Origin: Octopus sinensis
Taxonomy: Eukaryota
Direction: 5' to 3'
Assembly (NCBI RefSeq): GCF_006345805.1
Contig: NC_042997.1
Location: 29,822,001-29,886,000 of the forward strand
DNA length: 64,000 nt
Shown: piece by piece, positions 50,621 through 63,850 of the stretch
Position numbering within the stretch: position 1 is the first letter of the stretch
How the letters are laid out: every line of letters begins with the position of its first letter
Notes under the pieces: generated by a model
The model's database searches: none
What the model saw: the letters and a program-made list of their open reading frames with translations, nothing else
Told to the model about the DNA's origin: nothing
Made by a program: the position numbers and the translations under genes

Positions 50621-53600
50621 TTTTTTTATTATAAAACTGCAGCGTTCTCTTATTGAATACTTTTTCCTAACTTCCTTTTAGCAGTATCCAGAGTGAGAGG
50701 GTAAAATGATACAAATTATAAAATCAAATATTTGTAGAATCAGAAAAAAATTGTCTTATGTTGCAGACAAATAATGCAAAATTCACATGTAGCCGATGTG
50801 TACTATTGAAGAGTAATAAATATTCTCTAACTGATGCCGAAAATCTATGAAACCGAGCACCAAAATTTAGAAGAAAAAACATTTAGAACTAAATGCAGTG
50901 TTCGAACAGCATATCATCGCTTCTTTAAAAATATTGCTAAGTCTTATACCAACAAATTACAGTAAAAATAGGTTTTGTACATGTTAAATTAACCCGAATA
51001 GAATTCATGAGTCAACTCAAAGTTATTATTGCTCTGGTTTTGCGTTAATAATTGGTCACCAATCTAGAAAACTCAATATTCGATATTACTTGACGCATCT
51101 CAAATCAATTTGATTTAGTCTGATGTATTTTCTGCGTTATAAAAATTGGATATTTTTGGCAAATGATGTTAAGAACTTGTTAAGCACTTCGTAACAAAAT
51201 TAAAGATTTTTGTAGAAATGAGCAACATTAATTTAAAGAATTGAATTGGACATTAGTTTCAGGAATCAAATAATATTACTGGACAAGACAACCGGTCTTT
51301 CTGATATTCAAAATATTCAACGTCTATTTGCTTTTATAAAATGTACATGCCATGTGCTACATGCTTCTAAAGGCGTTTGCGGCACTCTAATTTATCGTCC
51401 ATGTATCTGAAATTGCACACTGATTTAGTGTTAACGCCCTTGGATGAAATAATTACAAGTATATTTTTTCAGAAGCGTATGTGAGAAATACACGCAACCA
51501 TAATGTAGTGAAAATATGGTCAGCCCAGCATGAAGCGCTGGTTGTTTAGTGCAGCATATACAGACAATCCTACTGAAATTGGACGATCTAAAGATTTATT
51601 TAATGTTAAATATGAAGAGGAAAATGCTAGGGTAGGGACTTTTGTGCTGTTATTTATACATTTATATAACACCTCTTCTAAATGCTATTCTTGAAGAAGT
51701 CAATAAATTCCAGCTTCATTGTGCATTATTATGTTGAATTTGGGATCTATACCCGCAGTATTTCAAACTTCCAATCCTAATTTTAGCAAATTAAATGAAT
51801 ACCATGAACTGTGAAGAAACTTCAGACAATAGAGATTGCAAAGCGGTATAAGGACAAGAAAACATTCAATCAGTAGAGCCCGTAAAGAACTTGAAAGCCT
51901 TCAAGAAGCTGGCAATTCAAATTGAGCTTTGAGTTAATTTCATGGTTTGCAGCGCATGTTTAATGGGATTCATTTTGCGGGTGGAACATGGATTGCGTTC
52001 AGAGGATCTTACCATTGAATCGATGATATAAAGGAAAACTTCCAGGTTTCAGAGATTCTCCAAAGGTATGCGTTTCGCGAATGAATCACAAAATGAGTTT
52101 GTCAAGAATTTCTAACTTTCTAAAGTAAAATATATATTGCTAGACAGGTGTTCTAAACATTTCCAGTTGTTTTACATGCATCCGTCTTCTTCCTATGTTG
52201 AGGAGACAACGTTTCTGTTGGCATATATTAATTTAAAAGGCATTAATTACAATGTGTGAGAAAATTAATTAAACTCTCACACTGAGAGTTAGTCGAGCTG
52301 AGTTAGTCGTAAACAACTTACATAACACTTCTTTTATCTGAGCGACAGCCAGGCGTATGCATATGAAACGGTGCAAAATGGTGTCAATGCCTTATTGAAA
52401 GGCATCATTTCATAATACTAGTGCGATATCCCTCAGTAATAAAGTAACACAACTGAATATATGCATGAATCTATTTTAAGATCTTATTTATATCATGCTT
52501 AGTCTCATTTTTGAAAGGTGCGGATAATTGTTATATTGCAAATTGCTATCGACATGGAATACAAGAAAACAGATGGCTCGAAGCTAAATTTACAAAAAAT
52601 CAGATTATCATTGCAAGAATTATTAGAGATGACATTAACAAACAAGACAAAATATGAAGTGAATGGTGTGTTAATATAAGTCTGTAACCCATTTTTGTGA
52701 AGTAATGTCGACTACAACGTAACAGATATTGCCCGCAAGAGATATTGGCATTAACTTCAATCACTCCAACGTATCACATTGCAAATGGATGTAATAAACA
52801 TCAAACTCTCCAAACAGATTTAGGGGACTTACATTACGATAGCCAGAAGTGGCTATCAAGAATCTAAGGAGATGATATTGAGGTGAATATCATAGTCAGC
52901 TCAGTGAATGTAGAAGTGGAAATCATACTCTTCCATGTGCGTGTAGAATTAAGAGAGTAGCGAAGATAACGGATATATGGGATTTCAAAAAGGAAGCCTA
53001 CTTCGGAAAGTCTGTTTTATCTTTCGTTTGATAATATTATTGCAGATATAACTGATAGTTTTAATGATGTTTAACATTTGAGTAAAACACTTGAGTCTTG
53101 TGGAAATATCCTACTGTTCATAAAACTAGACACATTCCAGTAACACAGGTTAAATTCTACACAATATCCAACGAAATTTAACAACGTTTTGCAACGGAAA
53201 TGCATTTACCATCAGCTTAAAAAGAAACCTTTGGAAAAACAGAAATAATATCTTGAGAATTATTAAATTTTATTGATTTCAAATTTTGCAAGATATTTCC
53301 CGTTGTTTGTGTTGGATTGAAAATATTTTGAACAATATCATTTCATGCAGCATCAAAAACCTATCATCAGATTCAAACATTTCATAAGCTTATCGAATTC
53401 CAGTCTGAACCCTGATGAGTTGATTAAAGAAGACTACGCATTGAAAGACTCACTGCCAGGTAAATGCTTTTACGTGAGGTTAGAAATTCTGAAGATTCAA
53501 AAATCTAGGCAAAGTTTATTTCACTAGCTATGTTAATAAAATATATTTTAATCTAATCATTCTGACGCAGGAATAAAGCTATAATATGGGACATATTTTG

Positions 53601-54234
53601 TTAGTGAAAGATTCCCAATTATTTTTCAATCTGTTAATCATGCTGGAAAAAGCAGTCTAATTTATTCATATTTTAAGCTAAACATACACTTTTACAAAGA
53701 AATATACTCAAAAAATAAAAATTTATTTTGTCATTATCCTTATTGAAAATAAAGAAGCACCTAATGAAATTAATAAGTAGAATTTTGTATTTAACTCCAG
53801 TCAGTGGTAGAAAAATATTGTTCTGATAGGTTATGTTGGCCTCGCTACTCCTAAACTGAGGTCTTGATTCACTGGAGAAATAGACCAGTCTCATGTTGTT
53901 GCATTACTGCTCGCAATTACTGTGTACGTTAGTTTGAATTTTGTCTGCAAACTATTGGAAACCCAATGAATTAATTGTCGACGAGTCACCAAATAATGTG
54001 CAACGATTTATAATATTTTTAACGTTAACTGGACATCTTAGCACCCATTTATATATTCATTCATACAAATTGGGTGTTAGACAAACAAATGTGATATTGC
54101 ATATTACATCAATAATATATATGTTGAAAATCATTATAGTGAAATCAACACTAACACTGTCTAGCGTAACTATTAAATAATGTAGTTGACTGAATGAGCG
54201 TCACGTGTTCGAGTGCTATTTCATAGAAATTAGC

Positions 54235-54275
<41 letters not shown>

Positions 54276-54406
54276 ATTTGAAAACCCCACTAGAATGTGA
54301 GAAAGCGCTAATGATCTGAATGATATGATATATATATGTAAAAAATGTAATATATAAATAAATATCTGTAAATATGATCCATCCGATCTTCTGATTACCT
54401 CATTTC

Positions 54407-54448
<42 letters not shown>

Positions 54449-54852
54449 GGTGCAGGAGTGGCTGTGCGGTAAGTAGCATGCTTACCAACTACATGGTTCC
54501 AGGTTCAGTCCCACTGCGTGGCACATTGAGCAACTGTCTTCTACTATAGCCTACGGCCGAACAAAGCCTTGTGAGTGGATTTGGTAGACGGAAACTGGAA
54601 GAAGCCCGTCGTATATGTATATATATATGTATATGTATGTGTGTGTATGTGTTTGTGTGTCTGTGTTTGTCCCCACAACATCGCTTGACTGATGCTGGTG
54701 TGTTTACGTCCCCGTAACTTAACGGTTAGGCAAAAAGAGACCGATGTAATAAGTACCAGGCTTACAAAGAATAAGTCCTGGGGTCGATTTGCTCGACTAA
54801 AGGCGATGCTCCAGCATGACCACAGTCAAATGACTGAAACAAGTAAAAGAGT
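54449..54852 (+). mobile_element. SINE family B, full length
   Basis: ggtgcaggagtggctgtgcggtaag head, ggttcagtccc B-box-like motif, internal microsatellite, tail ..gactgaaacaagtaaaagagt. Confidence 0.9.
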
Positions 54853-55245
54853 ATATATATATATATATATATATATTCAAATATACCTGAAGCATATTTC
54901 AACTGATAACAAGTTTGTATCTTTTACTGAAAAAAGCGTAATATCCCAGAAATGCATCAAGGGTTTGGAATAGAGGGCACCACGGGTTTCATCATGGTAT
55001 ACTTCCACCGCTTCCATAAGTAAACTGCAGTGAAATTGCCTATATTGTTTATTTTCCGTCACTACTTCGCGATACTATTTCTGCATATATAGTGGATGTC
55101 CAACATGTCAACATGAGAAATTCAGATAAACATAGGCAGACAAATAATGTCTTCTACAAACACCTGTATATATCCACCTGGGCTCCACGGGTTTGACGCA
55201 ACTTGCTGAGTTATCGTTTTCCTTTTCTGAACTTCTAAAATTCTA

Positions 55246-56463
55246 TTGGGTTGGCAAAAAAGTTCCCCCTGTTTTTCTTTATTTTGGAATTTATTGCATT
55301 TTAAATTCTGGAATCTATTTTTTCGAGAAGTCTATTTTTGAATCAGTTTGGAATCTATTTTGTTTTTTTTTTGTTGTTTTTTTTAGTTAATTTTAGTTAG
55401 TTTTTGTTTATGTTGTAGAATATTAAAATGGAATGTCAAGTTAAGAAAAATGAGCATTTTCGACACCTTCTCCTTTTTGCTTTTAATCACGGTTTCTAAG
55501 GCCGCAAAAGCTGTTCACAACATCTGTGCTCTGTATGGAGAGGCTGCCATAGCTGAATGAACCGCTCGTTATTGGTATGCCACGTTGAAAAATGGAAATT
55601 TTGACCTCAAAAACGCACCTCATTCTGGCCGTCCAGTTGAGTTCGATGAAGAGCGATTAAACTAACATTTGCACGAAAATTCTCGTCAAACGACAAGGGA
55701 ACTTGTAGAGAAACTAGAATGCTGCCACACCGCTATAGAGAAGCATCTTCATTCGATAGGAAAGGTTCAGAAGTATGGAGCCTGAGTTTCGCATACTTTA
55801 AGTGGCAACAGCAAAATTCAACGAGTCTCAATCTTCGCTGGTTTGCTTGCTCATCACCGCTCAACTCCTGGATGCAAGCAACGATTTCTTTATCGAATTG
55901 TTACTGGTGACGAAAAGTGGTGCCTGTACATCAATATGAAGCAGCGTAAGGAATGGCTTAGCCCCGGTAAACAAGCGAGACCACGCGTGTAACAAGAACT
56001 TCATTCGCGTAAAACGATGTTGTGCGTATGGTGGGACTGGGAAGAGATTATGATTTACAAATTGCTCGAACGGAACCAAACGGTCAAAGCGGAACTCTAT
56101 GTTCAACAAATGGAAGGACTAAACACGGCTATTCAAACGAAAAGACCTAATCGTCAGCATGGAGTTCTTCTGCGGCACGACATCGCCCTTCCTCATATCG
56201 CCAATATGACCAAGGAAGCCATTCAAACGCATGGCTGGGAAGTGCTGCCACACCCGCCGTACTCTCCTGATTTCGCAACAACGGATTTCCACCTCTTTCG
56301 ATCTCTTTCAAATCCTATGCACGGAGTTTCGTTCAATACCAATGCAGAATTGAGAGTGTGGTTGGATCAATTTTTCGACTCGAGCAGTTTTTCGAGTCGA
56401 GTTGATTTCCGGCAACGAGGTATTGGAAATCTTATTGAACGTTGGGAAGAAGTTGTGAACAAC
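55246..56463 (+). mobile_element. Mariner DD34D transposon, transposase pseudogene; left TIR present, right end missing
   Basis: TA-ttgggttggcaaaaaagttcc left TIR. ATG at 55428 begins MECQVKKNEHFRH; several stops and a frameshift follow. VTGDEKW, HDIALPH and PYSPDFATTD are present, with 34 residues between the second and third Asp. Confidence 0.93.
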
Positions 56464-56489
56464 AATTTTAAATTCAAATAATTTAAATT

Positions 56490-56599
56490 TTAAATTTTAT
56501 ATATTTTGTATATTATATTAATTATTCCTGTATTTATGTTTTGGTTTATGTTTTTCACTGTTTGATTTGCCTAATGGTGGTTTTATCTCTGATTTAATT

Positions 56600-56602
<3 letters not shown>
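56490..56602 (+). mobile_element. Single arm of the GAGACAAAACCACTATT tail family
   Basis: tttatgttttggtttatg..ctgtttgatttgcctaatggtggttttatctct matches the right arms at 28520-28584 and 44367-44403; it ends in (TA)n. Confidence 0.75.
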
Positions 56603-56692
<90 letters not shown>

Positions 56693-56696
56693 GTAT

Positions 56697-56727
<31 letters not shown>

Positions 56728-56950
56728 CACATATATACATGTATATATATGTGTATATATGCATGTATGTATGTATGCATATATGTGTGTGTATGTGTGA
56801 GTGTGTGTATATTTATGCATATATTTATGTATGTAGTATTTCATTTTCTCCCCAGAACAGACTTTGCTTACGGCGCAAATTTTGAATATTACTGATTAGG
56901 AGATTATTCTTCAATAAATATTTTTATTGCAAATTCCATATGTAATGTAA

Positions 56951-57033
<83 letters not shown>

Positions 57034-58110
57034 CATACACACACATACCCGCACAGTCTTCGACATTTTTTGGGTCATGCACTGATTGTGTTGCACTTCT
57101 GTTTTGTTATCAGTTCGTGTGATAATTAGTTAATTAGGAGGTAGTCACATACATACGCACACAAACACACACACATACACACCCATATATATTAGATATA
57201 TATATATATATATATATACATACATGTATATATGAGTGTGTGCATTTATATATACATATGTATATATATGCATCTATATATATAATATATACACATATAT
57301 GTATGTCTGTATGTATGTATATACACTTACATGTTCGTGTATTTCGGTATATATGTATATATGAGTGTGTGTGTGTATGTGTGTGTGTGTGTGTGTCTGT
57401 GTGTGTGTGTGTGTGTACGTATGTATATCAATTTGGGGTCATGCCCTCAATTAAAACGAAAAATTTCATTCAAGTTTTATTGTCATTTAATTTGATAATT
57501 ATTTATTCACATTAGAAAAATATTAGATAAATATTTAGATAAATAAATATTTGGGAACTAATTACATGGTCGAAGTTTTTTCGTCCGAATCTCTGACCTT
57601 CTCTTTAATAGCATATACACTTTGTTCCTTTTTCTCTATCAGAGTAAGGATGTTAAACTTTGACCATGGCCTATGATTAATAATTAAATTTTATCTGCGT
57701 AGGAGCGTATGTAGGAGTTTTCAATCGTCATCTTTATGGTTGCACTTGTAGGTTTTTAATTTAGCGGTGAAACTGTGCGTGGAGGGTTTTGAGATGTGCT
57801 GATGAACTTTGACCTTCACTCATCGGATTTCATACTTCTCGTTTAATATAACACAACACAGACAAATAGTTCCAGACGTGCGTCTACGCATGTGTAAGTG
57901 TGGCTATAAACGCATACATTTATAAATCTTTGCTTGTGTTTTTTTGTTGCAGCTATTTTGCGTTTATCTTTTGTTTTGTATTTTTTTTTTCACTTTTCTG
58001 ATGTCACTATTTTCCATTCATGCGCACTAGGGTAGGTGTCATCAAAATATTTATCCATATTCAAATTCAAGTATTCATACATACATACACACATACATTT
58101 ATAGATGCAT

Positions 58111-58158
<48 letters not shown>

Positions 58159-58178
58159 CTACCTATGTGTATGTACAA

Positions 58179-58235
<57 letters not shown>

Positions 58236-58245
<10 letters not shown>

Positions 58246-58422
58246 AAATAATTAAAGGGCGGGCAGCAGGCTGCCTCGCCGCATTTTAATTATTTTCACT
58301 ATATACTGAACTTTCCAGAAGTTCCTGACGATGAATTTGTCATATTTACATACCGAAATTTACCGGTAAATGATTGTTGGTTATATGAAAAACCACTGAA
58401 AAATTATTTACCATTTTTATTG

Positions 58423-58425
<3 letters not shown>
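58236..58425 (+). mobile_element. Short TA-embedded element with a 70-nt hairpin and a degenerate hammerhead core
   Basis: 21-bp perfect arms around a GC-rich inner stem; CUGACGA at 58325, GAAA at 58355, palindrome ATTTACCGGTAAAT at 58358-58371. Confidence 0.5.
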
Positions 58426-58474
<49 letters not shown>

Positions 58475-58766
58475 ATGTTGGAAGTCAGAATTTTGAGTGA
58501 TTCATTATTAGCTGTTTCGCCTATTTTTCGAACACGTCAAGACAAAATCAAAATCAAAATGGCAAAAATAGAACGTTTCCTTGTCCTTTTATATCAATCG
58601 GTTGCTGTTTTTGCTTTGTTTGAAAGCTGAGAATATGCGTTCGCTTTTCGGTGGTGGGGAAAGAGAGTAGAGAAAGAAGAGCAAAGATAGGAGAGAACGA
58701 CAGAGAGAGACGGATGTTTCAGGATAATCAAGAAAGAGGAGCAAAAATGATGAAGGCTGGAGAAAG

Positions 58767-59235
<469 letters not shown>

Positions 59236-59399
59236 ACAGACAATCAGACAGACAGCCTGATAGAGACGTGAGGATCACTTTTCAAGTAGATGTTGTCAAT
59301 TCTTTGTAATTTCATTACAAAACACTTTTCTTTTTTCTTTTCCGTTCTTTTTTCTTTCCATTCTATACCTATCAACGAGCTCAAAGATTTCCTAACAAT

Positions 59400-60000
59400 G
59401 TAGAAATACCCCTAAGGATTAATAAACGAAAGAATTAAAAAAAGGCGATGAAGCTGAACTTCACGCATCTAAGTACACCAAAGGAAACATTTAATGAACA
59501 CAGGATTCCATATATTAATACGCAGAATCCTGGGGTAGACATCTTTCACACCATAAAATCAAATCGACAATTTTACCACTGATTAGCAAAGATATGTAAT
59601 GTAGCAAAGTATTTCGTGAAAAATCTGATTGATAAAAACACTTTACGAAACAGCAGACATCCACCAAAAAAATCTCAAAAAAACACCTCACAAGAGAAAA
59701 ATTCACATAACAGAATGAATCACAATTTCTGCAAAAGAATGTGGAGATAGCACACGTGGAACTGGAAGGAAATTTACATTGACGAAACAAACAATTTCCT
59801 CTGACAACGTGCAATAATCTACAGATAACACATCCGATAAGAAGGATTGCGCAAGACTCCACTGAGCAAGTATTTAGAAATATGCAGTGAAAGAAAATTC
59901 AAAACATTTCCCTTTTACAAATGTCCAAGGGATTACCCAAAATTCCGAAAACCAAAAAGTTCTCTCCAAAATTAAATGTTTAAAAGAGAAGCAGAGGAAT
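59400..60000 (+). mobile_element. Degenerate PLE thumb, linker and GIY-YIG remnant
   Basis: KYP*GLINERIK..RIPYINTQNPG..KECGDSTRG..CARLH/TPLSKYLEICSERKFKTFP-like readings across frameshifts. Confidence 0.6.
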
Positions 60001-60044
60001 TACATTGTTTGTATTATTATTATTAATATTATTATTGAGTGAGC

Positions 60045-60428
60045 GAGCAGAGCATGCCATCAAAGTGACACTGGGGTAAAATATACGAAGCCCAGTATAC
60101 CCATCATGACTACCCGTCTGATAAGGGTACACCAGGCACATGCATCACAACCATATGTGCGCGACAAGGTGATCTCATATCAAGATAAACAGCACATGAC
60201 CTTGCAGGTGGAGCCCAGTTAGAATTTTCTTCAGATCGAGTAACCCATCCCGCTCAAAAGGTCCCTGAATAAGGGTTGTTTAAGGACGTTGAACCAAATC
60301 TGTGGTATTGAGCAGAATATTTGCTGTAGCCCATCTTTTATACCAAGACAAAACAATGTACATGATAACACTTCCAATCAGTTAAGATCAGAAGCCATGA
60401 GAGCCACTGCCTCGTACTGCATCAGGGC

Positions 60429-60430
<2 letters not shown>
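60045..60430 (-). mobile_element. Non-LTR retroposon 3' end with (AAT)n tail (possibly R4/Dong-like)
   Basis: The minus strand ends ..tttgatggcatgctctgctcgctcactc(aat)n and is embedded between (ATT)n tracts. The family assignment is from memory only. Confidence 0.5.
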
Positions 60431-60462
<32 letters not shown>

Positions 60463-60475
60463 GTTATTATTGTTA

Positions 60476-60535
<60 letters not shown>

Positions 60536-60536
60536 A

Positions 60537-60766
60537 GGCGGCGAGCTGGCAGAAACGTTAGCATGTCGGGCGAAATGCGTAGCCGTATTTCGTCTGTCGT
60601 TACGTTCCGAATTCAAATTCCGCCGAGGTCGACTTTGCCTTTCATCCTTTCGGGGTCGATAAATTACGTACCAGTTGCGTACTGGGGTCGATGTAATCGA
60701 CTTAATCCCTTTGTCTGTCCTTGTTTGTCCCCTCTGTGTTTAGGACCTTGTGGGTAGTTAAGAAAT
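60537..60766 (+). mobile_element. SINE family A, full length, between (ATT)n tracts
   Basis: ggcggcgagctggcagaaacgttagc..gaattcaaattccgccgaggtcgactttgcctttcatcctttcggggtcgataaa..tgtgggtagttaagaaat. Confidence 0.9.
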
Positions 60767-60819
60767 CATTATTATTATTATTATTATTATTGTTGTTATT
60801 ATTATTATTATCATTATTA

Positions 60820-60863
<44 letters not shown>

Positions 60864-61599
60864 TTCTTTTGATAGTAATGGTGATGTATGAAGAGAAAAC
60901 ATTTATATGACAGTATTATTGTTGTTCATCTCAAAAAATGATCAGGACATATATTAAACATTGAGATTTTGACAACTCTTGTTCATATAGAACTTACATG
61001 TACCTGAGAAGACAATTTTTTACCACTGATTAGCAGACATATGTAATGTAGCTACTTGGCAAAGTAATTCGTGAAAAAGATCTCTTTTGAATTATCTTAT
61101 TCAAACAAGCAAGAGAAGGAAAGTAATCCTACAGAAGGATGAAAGCTACTCAGAAAAATTATATTCAAGTAGGCCCTACTTTATCATAAATTTATATCCT
61201 ATGGAATTGCTGCCAGCTAAATATACAATGTCCATACAAATCCTATTCAAGATGCTTGATAAAATGTACATAGAGAATAGACTGAATTATAAGCAGTACC
61301 AAATAATTTTTTTTTTATATTCTGACTTTATTTTCCTAATTTAGGAATATTTTACTAATATTTAATGTTTTTCATGCAAAACATGAAATTATACAGATTA
61401 TGGGGCTTGAATATACAATTGTACAGGAATATACACGGTGTCGTGGTTTGATGTCGGTATATGGGTAACAATTAGTTAGTGGAGAATGCAACATGGTGAG
61501 CAGGAAATTGACCATGTGGAGGGCAGGAAATAGACCACGTGGCGAGTAGAAAATTGGTCAGGTTGTTCGGAGGCATGTTGGAAGGAGCGGCATGTGCAA

Positions 61600-63850
61600 G
61601 TATATTACTCTATATGTGGCTGTGTAGACGCGCTCATATTGTTTTGCATGCATGTGTGTACTGAAGCGAGCAGGCGGATCTGTACATGGACACGCACGTA
61701 CACATCTGCATACACACACACATGCACACACAAACACATACTTATGCTAAGAGGAACACGCACACGCGTACACAAACACACATAAACGCGCATACGCACA
61801 CATACACACACATACACGCATACACATGCACACATGCGTGTTCATTCATATGTACATATTTTCCCATGCACGTACGTCTGCATACCAGTGTGCACGCACA
61901 CACGCATGCACGTTCACATGTGCATGCGCGCGCGCGTGCGTTAGTAGGCACGCGCAGAGCACGCGTTGGGGATTGGTAAGCGTTGGGAATTGGTAAGCAT
62001 TGGTGATTAGTATGCGCTAGTGATTAGTATGCGTTGGTGTTTGGTAAATGTTCGGGATTGGTAATTGGTGTCCTGCTCATGCGTTTGGTTGGTAGCAGTG
62101 ACCTAGGTGTAGGCGGTACATATTAGTAGCTGATGCTAAGGTGGTATATTCGAGTTGTCGTGAGTCAAAGACCGGAAATTCGCCAGAAGAGCATACCTGT
62201 GGTGGCAAGAATACAATAAATCGTATTTCTTGTTGATACATACTATGGGTTGTTGGAGGATATGTAGTTTTTCACGGAAGCAGAGCTGGCAGATAGGGCA
62301 CCGGGTGAATATGGTGGTGGTGCTTTTTCGACAATAGTCCACTTGATGCAGAGTATTTCATCTCGGAGATCACGATGTCTCCAGAGAAAACAAGACAGGG
62401 AAGTAGGGTACTCTCGGTCCCTGGATCGGAATGAGTGCATATGCTGGGAATATCTTTCCTTGAATTCATTAGCTGTCATTCCCGTAAAGTGTCTAACAAT
62501 GCCGTGGGATGGTGTAAGGGTGGCTTTGTATACTACGGGACTTGAGATGCAAGATCCTTCTAGAGGGCACATAGTGGGGTTTCAGAAGCTGTAGGTTGGG
62601 ATTGTGGTAGAGTGAGCGATTCATTACGTCTGTTCATGCGTGCGATGTTAGATAGGATATAATCTAAGCAGAGTAGTTCACCTTGACATTATGGGGGTGT
62701 TAAAGAGTTTGTAATACTTATGACCTTTTGGGAAGTGATCCATAATTAGCGATAGGAAGCCCATAGTTACGTTGATGGAAACTTCTAGGTTTAAAGTGGG
62801 GTTACACCATATACTTTTCCTTCTCCTAATCCTTTTGTGGTTAGGAGAGGTGTTTGAGGATTATACACATACGTAAGCTTCTGAGTAAAACCTCTTCTAG
62901 TCAAAGTATCTTTGTAGTGGGGACGCCATTAAAGATGTCTCTATTGGCCGAGAGATTAGATAGTCGTTTACTAATGCGTGGAACCAGGCTTCTAATTAAA
63001 GCGTGTGCATGGTTTGCGCTCTTGTGGATGTATACTGTATCCACTCTAGGCTTCTTGTACGAGTAATACTTGAGCTACTCAGGCCTAAGTTTACGTCCAA
63101 GAAATCGACTAGAGTCAGATTGGTGGTAACCGTTATGGACAGCCGGAACTTACTGAATATTTTTATCAAATAACTTCCTGAACTTGTCTATGGTGTGGCC
63201 GTTCATATAGCTTGAGATAGCCAGGGCATCATGCCTATAGAGGGATCCAAGATGTATAACACAGTGAGGTTGGCCATTTCAGCCCCATCAACTCTCCTCA
63301 TAGAGACGTCGAACAATAGATCACATTCTTTTGTCACCCAGAAGGAATCGTCGTTTGCCATAATTTCAGGTCACTCGGTGCCGACAACCGGATATACCAC
63401 CTTAGCGCCCGCTGCTATTCTGCACCACCTGCACCAAGAACACCGCTACCAACCAAACCCCTGAGCAGGACCACCAATTACCAATCCACAACGTTTACCA
63501 ACCTCCAACGCCCACCAATCCCCAACGCTTGATTTTCCTCATGTATACTCACACACGCGTGTGTGTGAATGCACTTATACACACGCATGCGTGCGTGCGC
63601 ACACACTGGTATACATGCGTACGTGCATGTGAATATGCATATATACATATGAATGAATACGCATGTATGTGTGTATGCGTGTGTGTGTGTATGTGTGCGT
63701 ATGCACGTGTATGTGTGTGCATGTGCGGGCGTGTGTTTTCCAAGCTCGTGTGTGTGTGTGTTTGTGCAGACGTGCACGTGCGCTCCCATGTACAAATCCG
63801 CATATTCGCATCAATACACACGCACACACATATTTATACATACACCCATA
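61600..63850. repeat. Diverged inverted repeat (about 61660-62185 vs 63365-63810) enclosing a PLE
   Basis: Shared landmarks in opposite orientation: gcggat(c/t)tgtacatgg, gcgt(g/a)ttcattcatatgta, ataccagtgtg, gattggtaattggtg..tcctgctca..gtttggttggtagc, gctaaggtggtatat. Confidence 0.8.
62130..63365 (-). mobile_element. Penelope-like (Naiad-like) element, RT C-terminal half plus GIY-YIG, pseudogenised
   Basis: LFDVSM..DGAEMANL..TNLTLVDFLDVNL; CPLEGSCISSPVVYKATL..FTGMTANEFKERYSQHMHSFR..IKWTIVEKA; CQLCFREKLHIL. Confidence 0.9.

Noticed and set aside
52833-52863. Possible 31-bp minus-strand micro-exon (ccttag| .. |gtaagt)
   Set aside because: Splice signals alone are insufficient, and the peptide FLIATSGYRN is not recognisable.
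53327-53377. Minus-strand CUGAUGA..GAAAU-GAU-AUU with a 7-bp stem I
   Set aside because: Stem II cannot pair (UAGG..GCAU), there is no TA or PLE context, and a match of this quality is plausible by chance in 128 kb of both strands.
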